Shown here one piece after another: positions 40,319-50,624 of a stretch of 64,000 bases of DNA; the first letter of the stretch is position 1; every line of letters starts with the position of its first letter. Below the pieces are notes generated by a model, which saw nothing but the letters and a program-made list of their open reading frames with translations, had not been told where the DNA came from and did no database searches. A program made the translations under genes and the position numbers. The stretch lies in IMG/VR virus record IMGVR_UViG_3300033153_007973, positions 1-64,000 of that record. The stretch is one strand, 5' to 3'.

Positions 40319-40737
40319 ACGTCGGCAAGGGACTCCAACAGCATCGGGAGGCAGAGCCCGCGGGAAACGACCATACTTTAATGAGGAAACCACTCCTCAC
40401 CCGATTTCGCCCGGCGTAGTCTAATTATTCAAGTTGTACCAGCAAGGGAACCCAACAGCATCGGGAGCAGGTTCCGCGGAGGCCCGCCAAGGTCTAATAG
40501 GGATGACTCCCTACCCGATTTCGCCTGGTACAACAGCTTACTATTCAAATTGTACTGGCTAGGGAGTCGCAAATCGGCAACGATACTCGCAGTCTCAGAG
40601 GACTATGCTCGATTCCGCCCAGTACAACAGCTTACTAGTTATCTCGGTAAAGAGTCCCAACAGCACTAGGAGCAGGACCCGCGGGCAAGCTTTAACGAGG
40701 ACTGTCAGGAACCCCGCCTAGTTTCGCCCGAGTTAAC
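40319..40737 (-). ncRNA. Tandem array of four homologous structured ncRNAs (40319-40417, 40433-40534, 40550-40627, 40638-40737)
   Basis: Shared GGCGAAA, TTARA, CCGC, TGCTGTTG and CTTG motifs with covarying stems. Confidence 0.75.
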
Positions 40738-41112
40738 TTATTCTTTGACTTTCTTGATCATATCTTCGAGTGCTTCGTTTGCCAGCTTTGCAATATTACT
40801 GGGTATCTTTTTGACATCCTCATTATTCGCGATCTTCGGTAAAACATAGATCATCGACATTGTTTTGGATGTTGGAATCAGCACTGAGATGGGAGTAAAG
40901 ATGAGACAGATAATTATTCCCCATTTCATGATCGGCCAAGCTTTCTCTGCATCGCAATCGCATTGTCTTCCATCTCTGTCGAAATCACTATTAGCGACAT
41001 ATGCAATGCCGGATATTACAGCTGTAATAGATGATAATGCAGCTATTACGATACAGATTGAAGAGATAGCATCCAACCTCGTAATAATGTAAATTGTCCA
41101 GCCTAAACTCAT
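40738..41112 (-). CDS. Membrane protein (conserved phage type)
   Basis: IYIITRLD, two TMs, LIPTSKTM. Confidence 0.65.
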   Translation of the reverse strand: MSLGWTIYIITRLDAISSICIVIAALSSITAVISGIAYVANSDFDRDGRQCDCDAEKAWPIMKWGIIICLIFTPISVLIPTSKTMSMIYVLPKIANNEDVKKIPSNIAKLANEALEDMIKKVKE

Positions 41113-41396
41113 GTTATTCCTCCTATTGGATCGAATAGTTCTTCCTGTGTTATTTTTTGGCTCTTCTCTTTCTTGGCTTTTGACTGATGCTGAACAAGAT
41201 ATCCAACAATTTCTGCATTCTCTGTATGAATAAAGCTTCCTGTTGAGATTTTATTAGACATTGTGATGTTGTACCCGAGGCTGGATCCAAGTTTATCGTT
41301 TGTTTGTATATATAATGAATTGCATCTAAATACCTTCCCGACAAAATCATTATACCATGCTGTTGGCTGCTGTTTCTTAATGACCTTGATTAGCAT
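41109..41396 (-). CDS. Small hypothetical protein with C-terminal EELFDP tag
   Basis: WYNDFVGKVF; ends TQEELFDPIGGIT. Confidence 0.6.
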   Translation of the reverse strand: MLIKVIKKQQPTAWYNDFVGKVFRCNSLYIQTNDKLGSSLGYNITMSNKISTGSFIHTENAEIVGYLVQHQSKAKKEKSQKITQEELFDPIGGIT

Positions 41397-41508
41397 TGTT
41401 TTCTCTAAGTATATATTGTTAGTCTTGAGTTTAGCTATATTCTTGGATCGTAATACTGTATCAGAGACAATTCTTCGTCTCTCTGCTTTTGTTGCTGCGA
41501 ATAGTTCG

Positions 41509-42609
41509 CTACTCATCATGGCGTAAAAGCCAGTTCGGATTGACCACCTTGAACGAAAGTCGGCCTATATGGTCATCTCTGAGACTCTCATTGACTGATC
41601 TGATGACAATACCTTCTCTGATGTGATCGGGATAAATCTTGCTCATTCCTTTGGATATCTCGACCATTTCCTCTACTGAATTAGGTAGAGTAGTACTGTT
41701 CTCGAGTATGGGTACATGTTCAAATCCATATCTTTGGCAGAACTTAAGCATATCTTCAAAATCCAAGTACTTGGATGTTTGAAGGTCTAGAACGTTATAT
41801 ACAAAGACTTTGTGTTCCTTAAGTCTGTACTTGTTCTTCTGGATGCCAGGTCCGCAAAGCTCACCTTGTATGCAGATATCTTGGTTTACGCTACGTAGTT
41901 TCTCTTCGATACTATCTCTAAGTGCTACTACCCAGAATGTGTTTTGCTTCTTGGGTTTAGGTTTTATGAATAAGCTCTTGAACCATGCAGGAAAGCCTTT
42001 CTTCTCAATATCTGGAAGAATCTGCATATTCCTACTAGCAACACCGAATTCATCATCTCGGATCCAATATGATGCCGAGGAACCATCAAGTTTCTCTGTA
42101 ATATAGAATTGTTTATCGCAGTGTCGTCTAATAATTCCAGGTATTGTCTGAATTCTGTCTTCGTCTGTCTTTGGGATAAATCCTGGGCGTGTTTTCGTCC
42201 GGCGTCCGCTGAGCATAGCTGGCATCTGGGGCTCCCACTTGAGAATGCCCAGTACTTTGGTGACATCATCTCCAATCTGTAGTGCCTTGTCGCCTTCGGA
42301 TTGATCGATGATGCTCATAGGAAATGCAATACCCTGTGAGACTTGTTTACGCAGCTTGATGGTCTTAATTCGATATCCGCGGTCTTTGAGGAACTCGAAT
42401 TCAGGTCGTGGCGGTAGGATGCTATCTATTTCACAATAAACGCACTTGCTGCCGATTTTGAAGTCGTCCTTCTTGTTGATGACGACTTTCCACCCGAGGA
42501 TCGTCGCGACTTCGATTTGGTTCGCGTTCGGGATAGCTTTGATCGCTTTGATTTCTTGGATCGAGGCGAGCTTTCTGCTGATTTCGTTGTTACTGTTGTC
42601 TGTGACCAC
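41509..42609 (-). CDS. RNA ligase, Rnl2 / DRB0094 family
   Basis: RKLASIQ.I..I..I.NA..IE, VYCEIDS.LP, SQG, KTDEDRIQ, TEKLDGSS, QGELCGPGIQKN, EGIVIR, SFKVVN. Confidence 0.92.
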   Translation of the reverse strand: MVTDNSNNEISRKLASIQEIKAIKAIPNANQIEVATILGWKVVINKKDDFKIGSKCVYCEIDSILPPRPEFEFLKDRGYRIKTIKLRKQVSQGIAFPMSIIDQSEGDKALQIGDDVTKVLGILKWEPQMPAMLSGRRTKTRPGFIPKTDEDRIQTIPGIIRRHCDKQFYITEKLDGSSASYWIRDDEFGVASRNMQILPDIEKKGFPAWFKSLFIKPKPKKQNTFWVVALRDSIEEKLRSVNQDICIQGELCGPGIQKNKYRLKEHKVFVYNVLDLQTSKYLDFEDMLKFCQRYGFEHVPILENSTTLPNSVEEMVEISKGMSKIYPDHIREGIVIRSVNESLRDDHIGRLSFKVVNPNWLLRHDE

Positions 42610-42892
42610 GATGTAAATCCTCCGTTTGTCTGTTGAAGTGATGGTGATAATTGCTGATTTTCTGGTGTTACGAATATACTAGCGTATATATCAGTGCCAA
42701 TACATTTTGACTTACCATGATATTGTGTTTCCATAATTATAGCGTTGTTTTCTTCAACTCTTCCTGTATTTGCACTGTTTGTCTCTATTTGTCGTGTTAG
42801 TGATATGATGAGATTAAGTGCTTCTTGTCGAGTGATATGTATAAGGAATGAGTCAAGTCTTTTCTTCTTCTTGAGCAGTGTTATTTCCATTC

Positions 42893-43300
42893 TTATCTCC
42901 TATATGGGTCAAATAGGTCATTCATCGTTGCTGTAATTGCAGCGTGTGTTTCTATTACTGTAGGCTCCTTGTGCGCTATTGTCCATACAATGATATCTTC
43001 TATACCTATGGTCCAGTTGCAGTATCGATTAAGCTTTGAGATTACTTCTGTCTTAAATTCCTGGTGTGATATAACTGCGATGTCTCTTGGGCAACAATCC
43101 AGTAATATAGCTAATGCGAGTTGTGCTGGTCCCGATCCATTATATCCCCAACAGAATCCGTCTGGTGAGTGGCGAATCTCTTTTAGTGAGCGGTTTGGAG
43201 TTATCTGCTTTGGTAATTTTCCACTGCGATGTTTATATACAGTATATGTTTCATTGGGTGTTCCTGCATGAAGTATTACTCCTTGGTAATGGTCGCTCAT
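42893..43300 (-). CDS. DUF6166-like protein with C-terminal NDLFDP tag
   Basis: HSPDGFCWGYNGSGPAQLALAIL; ends TMNDLFDPYRR. Confidence 0.75.
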   Translation of the reverse strand: MSDHYQGVILHAGTPNETYTVYKHRSGKLPKQITPNRSLKEIRHSPDGFCWGYNGSGPAQLALAILLDCCPRDIAVISHQEFKTEVISKLNRYCNWTIGIEDIIVWTIAHKEPTVIETHAAITATMNDLFDPYRR

Positions 43301-43821
43301 TATTTCTTCCTTAGTGGGTCGAATAAGTCATTCATTGTAGGAGGCTTTATCTCCTTTGGTTTACGTTGCCACCATGATCTGGTTCTCTTTACTTTGCCTG
43401 GGAATATTACTTTCTCGATGTGTCTTGTATAGCATAGACTTAGTATTCTACCTTGATCATATGGAAAAGGTATCTTTACAGAAACATGGACATCTGCTCT
43501 TTTCGTAATCATTACTAGTCGACCTATGAGTTCTATTGGTACGTTTCCATGTACAGTCATTTCATCGTTGACTTGGATGTAATCTCCTATTCCATATTTT
43601 GGATATAATCTAACTGGTACGAGGCATTTGCCTTCGTACCATTCTATATCTTTATCCATTGATATGGATTTGCTTCTTTCTCGCCAAGTTTTAATCTTAA
43701 GCTTAAGTCTCCAGAACCATCCAGGTTTCTGGCCATTAGAACGAGTGGCAGTGATCATGGTGAATAGTATATGTCCGCAAACAGCACCACCTGCAATGAG
43801 CAAGACAGTATCAGCGCTCAT
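43300..43821 (-). CDS. Hypothetical protein (N-terminal TM) with NDLFDP tag
   Basis: Ends PTMNDLFDPLRKK. Confidence 0.65.
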   Translation of the reverse strand: MSADTVLLIAGGAVCGHILFTMITATRSNGQKPGWFWRLKLKIKTWRERSKSISMDKDIEWYEGKCLVPVRLYPKYGIGDYIQVNDEMTVHGNVPIELIGRLVMITKRADVHVSVKIPFPYDQGRILSLCYTRHIEKVIFPGKVKRTRSWWQRKPKEIKPPTMNDLFDPLRKK

Positions 43822-44257
43822 GCTTTCCTCCTATCGGATCGAATAGGTCATCACTTGTTGGCATATTTCTCTTTCTTGCGGTGTTCTTCTTTGCTGATTT
43901 AGATCGTTTCTTTCTTGTTAGAGCTACTCGAGCTTTTCCTATTTGTATATCGATTTGATGGAATACCTCCGTCATTGGAGTATTTGGAAAACCAGTAAGT
44001 TCGAATTCATATAACGTACGACCACTAAATGCTCGGGTATGAAATCTGATCTTTATTCCCCATAAATATTCAAGTCTGTCTTGATTATAATAAGATGTTC
44101 TCATATTATATGAGACATATAGTTTGTAGTCTTCACATATTTCACGCCAAAATCGCACATACTTCTTTACGGAAGTGATTCTATCTACTGTGGGTGGCTT
44201 AGGTATAATAATATGTATAGCTTCGAGCACTTTACCATTAATCGGTGGAATGGGCAT
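43811..44257 (-). CDS. Hypothetical protein with DDLFDP tag
   Basis: Ends PTSDDLFDPIGGKHER. Confidence 0.65.
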   Translation of the reverse strand: MPIPPINGKVLEAIHIIIPKPPTVDRITSVKKYVRFWREICEDYKLYVSYNMRTSYYNQDRLEYLWGIKIRFHTRAFSGRTLYEFELTGFPNTPMTEVFHQIDIQIGKARVALTRKKRSKSAKKNTARKRNMPTSDDLFDPIGGKHER

Positions 44258-45130
44258 CTTATCTCCTTATCTTATCTATACCGCTGATCATTCTCATAAC
44301 TACTATGCCTTGGAGCACGAATGAACCGATCTTCATAACTACTGATTCCACGGGGAATCCCATTCGTTTCACCAATACTATTGGTAGAGATAGATGAATA
44401 ACTCCTATTATTAAATGTAATAGTGCTACCATAATATCTAGATCACCTCCCTTGTCAAGCATATTTCTCTGAAATATGTCGACCAAGCTAAGCATTATTG
44501 TGAGGATATGTAGGCAGGGCGCTTTTGAACTTTTGTTGTGCGTTTGCGACTGGCTCCGCCACAAAGCCTTACACGCTAAGCTGTCGATAACTGACAGCCG
44601 GAGTTGAGAAACCAGAGGCGCGGTTCATGCCGAGTTTCGCAATTCCGGTGATCTGGGCTGCTGTTGTCGAAAACTGATAATATTCGACCCAACTAGCATT
44701 ACGCACGTAAGCTGTCGCTGACTGACGGGGCGGGACAATCACCTGTAATTTGAGGGTGTTGGAGGGGGATCCCTGGATCCGCATTTAAACAGAATTACAG
44801 GTGATTGTCGCTGTGTTACTGCTATTTGACATAGGCTGTAAATAGCATCGGCAAACAAGAGTATGCACGTTATTATCTATAACTGATGGTATTTGTTGTC
44901 GGTTGATGGGTCGTAAAACTGGAAGGAATTCTACCATTACGGCTATTAGGAGTTGTGAGCACGACTTTCATCTTTGCGCAAAAACAAAAGCTGTTGACTT
45001 TGTGCCTTTCAAATCAACAGCGGTTGTCTTTGCGTTGGCAAAGATGAAAGGTGGCGCGGAACAAATCCGGAGCTGTAAGTAGTATAGTAGTGCAAATCGG
45101 TATATGTGTGTCATCTAACTGCTGATGGAT

Positions 45131-45166
45131 AAAAGAAGGGGGCGAGCAATAATGCTCACCCCCTTT
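45131..45166 (-). terminator. Rho-independent terminator
   Basis: AAGGGGGTGAGCA-TTAT-TGCTCGCCCCCTT-CTTTT. Confidence 0.75.
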
Positions 45167-45589
45167 GTGTTGATTGACCTGGATGGAGTTACAGACTGCT
45201 CCATCGCTCTGACTAGTGATGTGATGACTTTCTAAATCGAGCTTTTGGATCGGGTCGATTGTTAAAGTCGTACCGGTTCGCAGGTCTCCACGGAACGCAG
45301 AGTCCGGGTTCTGTCTGTACACATTATTAGCCAGTTATTCATGGCCTGTCTTATCTGATGGTAACTGTGTTGTATCAAGTACAGCTATTTTATGATCTGC
45401 GATGCCGTGAGTGTCCTCCCTGACGATCAGGACGTTGCCATTTCGTTCAACTCGCAGTTTTCCACCCTTCTTTAATATATTAATAGGTGTGTCTACTGCG
45501 CCTGATCGCTCCATCTCCTCGGCGATACCTTCTTCATCCAAGGATCCCACTTCAGGTACCAGATCTCCCATGTTTCTCTCCCTTCGATC

Positions 45590-46063
45590 TTAAGTTTTGA
45601 GTTCGTATTTTTCACAGAGGATAGATATGTTGGAATCGAGAGCCAGATTATAAATAGCTATTCCTCTGTCTGCTGCTAATCTCATAGCTTGGCCGGTGCC
45701 TCCAGTGGCAACACCATTGGGGGTCCAGCAGGTGATCATCTCACAGGGGGTTTTAAGGTCTTGCCCCAAGAGAATCATCATATTGCGCCCATGAAGTTTC
45801 TGGACATACGGTTTACATCGATCCCACGCAGGATGGAACTTGCTAGCCATCTCCACTGCTTCGATAGTTGCATCATCGGCCACGAAGATCTCACTCTCAC
45901 CACGATATGCATTGCAGCCATGTTCGAATGCACGATCAGCACCAATAGCATGTCCACTCCTCAGTGTCCAATTCTTCTCGGCTAACTGAGTAGCGATGTG
46001 TCTCATGGTATTGAGGATGTTGTCCGGTGTTGAACGAGCACCAATTCCGGCGTAATATTTCAT
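45590..46063 (-). CDS. SLOG / DprA-like nucleotide-binding protein
   Basis: YYAGIGARSTP, LRSGHAIGADRAFE, RN..ILLG, GGTGQA. Confidence 0.8.
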   Translation of the reverse strand: MKYYAGIGARSTPDNILNTMRHIATQLAEKNWTLRSGHAIGADRAFEHGCNAYRGESEIFVADDATIEAVEMASKFHPAWDRCKPYVQKLHGRNMMILLGQDLKTPCEMITCWTPNGVATGGTGQAMRLAADRGIAIYNLALDSNISILCEKYELKT

Positions 46064-46841
46064 TTTCCCGCAGCCCTCCCTTCGAGTTCGAGGTCGACTA
46101 TCTTGCCCACGATGTCTTCAGCCTTGCCTTCCATCTGTTTGGCAAGTGCTTCGATCTCATCGATGTTCAGGGCTATTTCCCCTTTCTCGGGCACGTCTAG
46201 CATTTCCCTGAACTTCTTGGCCACATGTGTGAAGAGCTCGGCTTCGCCCTTCAGCACAGGAATTTGCTTGCTTGCTTCCTTGAGTGATTCATTCATGGTG
46301 TTACCTCCATGTTCTCGAGGTCATCTAGGCTTGGTGCAGTTGCTTCCCAGATTCTCTCAGGTTCTACGGCCTTTTTGTCTATTGTATATTGGAAGGAGAT
46401 ATATAACTTTCCTTCCAAAAGATATGCGATAAACACACCAGAATATGGCCATTCGGGTATTGGTGGTTCGTGATGGAATGACCAGCATACGATGGCTTTC
46501 TTCTCACGTACCATCTTGGCCCACGGACTATTTGTATTGGGATTCTGTTCGTAGATATTGTGCTCTTTGCCCTTGAGGTAGTTGAATCCTCTTGAGCTAA
46601 CATCGTGTCTAGGAGTATGTGGCCCACGACCAAACACACCTAGCATAATGTTTTTCTGCTGCTGCTTGGTGAGGGTCACAAATGACCTCCTAGGCTTTGG
46701 TGAAGAACGCTTTCAGGCGCCCACGGATCGTTTTCTTCCGACGAAGTTTACCAAAGGCAGTGATTCCGGCGCTCACGCCGGCCACGGCCAGTAGTACACT
46801 GACGATAATGATTTTCATGGGTTCACCTCCTTGTTATGAGA

Positions 46842-47624
46842 TTAGTAATCGGTGCGAATAACGTTGAATTCTCCCTCTGTTATAACAAGAGACGTTAATA
46901 CACCATAAGCACCAGTGCTCTCGTTCACTGTAGCCGTGAATGTACCCTTAATTCTCTCTCCAGGTATACCAAATGACGTAACGATGATTTGAATAGCACC
47001 AAGACCAGCGGTTCCGTTTGCTACATATGCTGGATCTGGTTGGTATGTATACTGTAAGCCAGCAGGTGTATACCATACTTGTATTCCAGCAACTGAATAG
47101 TTGTATGTTCCAGTACTGAGCGGAGACCACGATAAATGTATATCATCATTGCTAGTCTCAATAATGATGGTTATATTGGGAGAGATACATGCACTTGATG
47201 TTGCTGTTGCTTCGTATGATGTACCATTTATCTTGTATGTACAGAAAGCATCTGGTTCAACTGGAGGATCTATAGGATCATCCCCAGGATCATCACTGGG
47301 GTCATCACCAGGATTATCCCCATCTGAATTATCGATAAGTCTGAAGTTGGCAGTGATGGTTTTATTCTTGGTCATGTAAATACTGATTGGGTTGGTTGTT
47401 GATGCAGTATCACCAGTCCACTCCCAGAATTCATACCCTGAATTTGCAGTAGCTGTGATCTTGACACTGATACCTTCATCATAGGGACCCGATGAAGGAT
47501 CATGCATCACGAGTCCACCATTTGCGGGTTCAATGGAGGTTTTGAGTGTATATTGATCTGGGGAAAACAAACCGCAACCACTTCCAAGATAGAGTGCTAT
47601 TAATAACAGGCTAAGTTTCTTCAT
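46842..47624 (-). CDS. Lipoprotein with an InlB-B-repeat-like domain and a Asp/Pro linker
   Basis: Lipobox LGSGC; YTL...P..GG.V..PSSGPY..G..V.ITATANSGYEFWEWTGD...NP..I.M..NKTITANF; GDDPSDDPGDDP. Confidence 0.75.
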   Translation of the reverse strand: MKKLSLLLIALYLGSGCGLFSPDQYTLKTSIEPANGGLVMHDPSSGPYDEGISVKITATANSGYEFWEWTGDTASTTNPISIYMTKNKTITANFRLIDNSDGDNPGDDPSDDPGDDPIDPPVEPDAFCTYKINGTSYEATATSSACISPNITIIIETSNDDIHLSWSPLSTGTYNYSVAGIQVWYTPAGLQYTYQPDPAYVANGTAGLGAIQIIVTSFGIPGERIKGTFTATVNESTGAYGVLTSLVITEGEFNVIRTDY

Positions 47625-48585
47625 GATTTTTCTCCTTGTTATGGGTTAGTGTTGAATGTTGTCATGATTCATTCTTGTATGCAATACCGAGTCCCACGAA
47701 CATGATAAGGTCGAGAGCAATACAGGTAAATATATACCATTCAGTAGGACTCATACCTCTATCTTCCTTTCGATCATGTGGTCATAAATCATGCCCGTTA
47801 CGATTTCCATATCATCATCATCGCTCACGGGCAGTTTGATTCCATCGATCATGATATATCCTCTTCGTGCTTCGAAGATAGTGATCTCTTTGAATTTGAC
47901 CATAAGAGATTCCATAGCTTGAAGGGGTCCTGTGCGTTTACGATCTTGTTCCTTTCCTTCCAGTCGAGCCACGAGGGTTCGAAGACTATCTGTCATCGAG
48001 GCACGCAGGAACATAGATATAATAGCTTGGCGAAACTCTTCAACAGATTTAAAGTCCATAAACGTAAGAGAGCGACTCGATTCACATTCGTCTTTACCAG
48101 AGCATTCATCACAGTTCATTTGGAGTTCCTCCTTTTCTTTTGGTTAGTGGGCATCATTCCATCTGTCTCAGATAGAAACTTGCCCATCTCTTCCTTGATT
48201 TCGCGGGCCACTTCTGCACCTTGCTTCATTGACAGTTCAAGCATTTTTATGATGTGCTCCCGTTTCTCCACTGTTGCTATTCGGTCGAGCAGCTGTTCTA
48301 TTATGAATGCGAGCATTACTGGATCTTTATCCTTGATCTTTCTATATATAGACGCTACGACCTTGGTTCTGGGAGCTGGATACTTGATCATGCCTGTTTT
48401 GTGTGCTTCTGACGTAGCTGTAGGGTCTCCTACAAGAGCTTCCTCAGCTTCCTTGGCTCTTTGTTTATAGATCTCAGATGTAGATACAAAGATGCTCTTA
48501 ATGAGCTTTCTCATGTCTTTTTCTGGGATGCCAGTGGCTTTACATACATCAGGTTCTTTGAGATTTATTCTCATAAAGATGTCTC

Positions 48586-49035
48586 CTAGAATAGGTTCTC
48601 CTTGATCTCTTTTCTGACATGCAGCCCCTCACGGATTTCCATCAGGATACGGCCCAGCATATTCTCTCCATGCATGGTTGTCAAGTCCTTTCCCCAGAAT
48701 ACGTCATTCCAGGTATTACCCTCGATGAGTTCTTCTGTGCCGGTTTTCAGCAGCATATTTGCTAACTGGGGCTTGGAGAACTTCTTGCGAACCAGCATCC
48801 GCATGATGGTTACTCTTACTTCCTGCCAGTCACTACGTAAGCTGACCTGCCGGCCGGCACGCTTGGCCTGGCCTGGTGAGGCTAGGTTGGATATTCTTAC
48901 TCTCTCTTTGATATCAGGGGTTTTACACGCCTGAAACGCATGCTCTACAGATGGGTAGTTCACACCATCGTGCACGAGTGTTGTTGGGAAGAAATTACTC
49001 AGAAAGAAGTGGCCTCCCTGGAATATCTTTATCAT
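48586..49035 (-). CDS. NADAR (YbiA-like) protein
   Basis: FLSNF, YPSVEHAFQA.K, AKRAGR, RSDW, LLKTG...LIEGNTWNDVFWG, GENMLGRILM. Confidence 0.92.
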   Translation of the reverse strand: MIKIFQGGHFFLSNFFPTTLVHDGVNYPSVEHAFQACKTPDIKERVRISNLASPGQAKRAGRQVSLRSDWQEVRVTIMRMLVRKKFSKPQLANMLLKTGTEELIEGNTWNDVFWGKDLTTMHGENMLGRILMEIREGLHVRKEIKENLF

Positions 49036-49441
49036 GTTATTTCTCCTTCTTGAGATATGCTTCTTCTGCATCCAGGCACTTATCTATTCTGTGGAAGCCG
49101 TCCTTAGGTCTGGATCCTATGGATGTAAGCCATCGTCTTGCCAGATCGAATTGGGTGCACACGGGACCGCTTCCCTTTTCACAGTTACCACAGTGAGTAC
49201 CATTTAGATCAGGATTGATCTCGATAGTTATCTTCATGTTATTCCTCCGTGAGTTCGATTGTGAGAGGATGTTGATCCGTTAGTAACATGGCTCCAATAA
49301 TGGATGCTCTCACCATTTGGGGTGAGGGTCCGCGCCTAAGGACCACAGCTTTGTGCACGCTTCCGTCTGAAGATCTCCATGTACATGTGGCTTTGTATTC
49401 CTTGCCTTCCCGTCCGAGAAATTCTCTTAGCGTCATGGCTA

Positions 49442-49699
49442 TTACTCCTTATGGGGGTCGAATAAATCCGCTATGGATGCGACATCAGGGTAGGGTAATG
49501 GTGGTGGTCGTTGTGTCATAGTATCTTTGAATGAGCATAGAATAGAATACCGATTGTCATCGTGCATTCTGTCAGAGTCATGAATATAGTGTTTGCACTT
49601 CGTGCATTCATTTGCGCCCACTTTGTTTAAATATATGTATGGGCACTGTGTCATACATGCTCCGCTCACTCTTACGAGATAGTATATCTCTTCTGCCAT
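49442..49699 (-). CDS. Small Cys-rich protein with ADLFDP tag
   Basis: CPY..KVGANECTKC; ends SIADLFDPHKE. Confidence 0.6.
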   Translation of the reverse strand: MAEEIYYLVRVSGACMTQCPYIYLNKVGANECTKCKHYIHDSDRMHDDNRYSILCSFKDTMTQRPPPLPYPDVASIADLFDPHKE

Positions 49700-49935
49700 A
49701 TCATGTCTTCTCCCTTTCTTTTGTCCTAAGATCATGTATGACCTGATCCAGGAGTTTGACCAGTCCTTGTGCGGATTCGAGTGAGAGTATAATCTCTTTC
49801 TTATCGTTGTATTCAGTAGTAGATCCATCACCGATAAATATGTTTGCCTCTCCGGTATTTGGTGTTTGGTCATCGAGATTATATCCCACGGAGATAGTAC
49901 GGTCAGCCTCAAAAGTCTGTGTTATCGTTTCGCGT

Positions 49936-50151
49936 TTAAGCATGGTCATTCTCCTTATATGGATCAAATAATTCATCCACTGATTTGATTCGACTCTTCC
50001 AGTGACATATTATAAACTTTTGATCATAGTTTAGGTATCCTCCAGCATGAGGACATATATTAACACACCATATGGATCCTATGTATACTAGATGGTCTAT
50101 GTCAATTGGATGATGTGAACATGTTCCTTTCGTTTCTACTTTCGTGTCCAT
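49936..50151 (-). CDS. Small Cys-rich protein with DELFDP tag
   Basis: CSHH..IGSIWCVNIC; ends SVDELFDPYKENDHA. Confidence 0.6.
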   Translation of the reverse strand: MDTKVETKGTCSHHPIDIDHLVYIGSIWCVNICPHAGGYLNYDQKFIICHWKSRIKSVDELFDPYKENDHA

Positions 50152-50624
50152 ATAGTTACATTGTTGTGTTTCTCCATGGGTTTCAGGCATGGTCTGACTT
50201 CCTGAGGGGTTAGCCCTCCATATCCAATACCAGGATAGTTTAGATGATACTGTTGTTTGGGATTGTCTTGTGCTATTTTGGTTAAGCACTCAGTAGAGTA
50301 TTTAATAAGTTCTAGTGTTGATGGCTGCTTATAGTGCGTCTTGGTCTGGAAGATGCCAGCATCACCACGTCGTGATGTGCTGTCCCATTCTTTATCATTG
50401 TCTATTGGTTGTAGTATTAATGTTCCATAGATCCCCATGGAACCACACGATTCTCGTATGGTCTTACCAGCTACTTCTGGTAGCCACCAGAATGTGTTAC
50501 GGGCTTGGAGCGCTGCACCTGCGCCCATAACAAGACAACCATTAGCAAGCACGATGGAGTTTGTGGTAACGATAATGATCTCGTTTTCTGGTACATAGAA
50601 CATGTTACCCTTTCTAAAGTTCAT
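50136..50624 (-). CDS. Macro-domain-like (ADP-ribose binding/processing) protein
   Basis: KGNMF, VTTN...G.LVMGAGAA, FQTK.H, PGIGYGGL. Confidence 0.75.
   Translation of the reverse strand: MNFRKGNMFYVPENEIIIVTTNSIVLANGCLVMGAGAALQARNTFWWLPEVAGKTIRESCGSMGIYGTLILQPIDNDKEWDSTSRRGDAGIFQTKTHYKQPSTLELIKYSTECLTKIAQDNPKQQYHLNYPGIGYGGLTPQEVRPCLKPMEKHNNVTIWTRK

Noticed and set aside
40319-40737. CRISPR array
   Set aside because: Units are ~80-100 nt with covarying internal stems rather than identical repeats with unique spacers; no cas genes seen.
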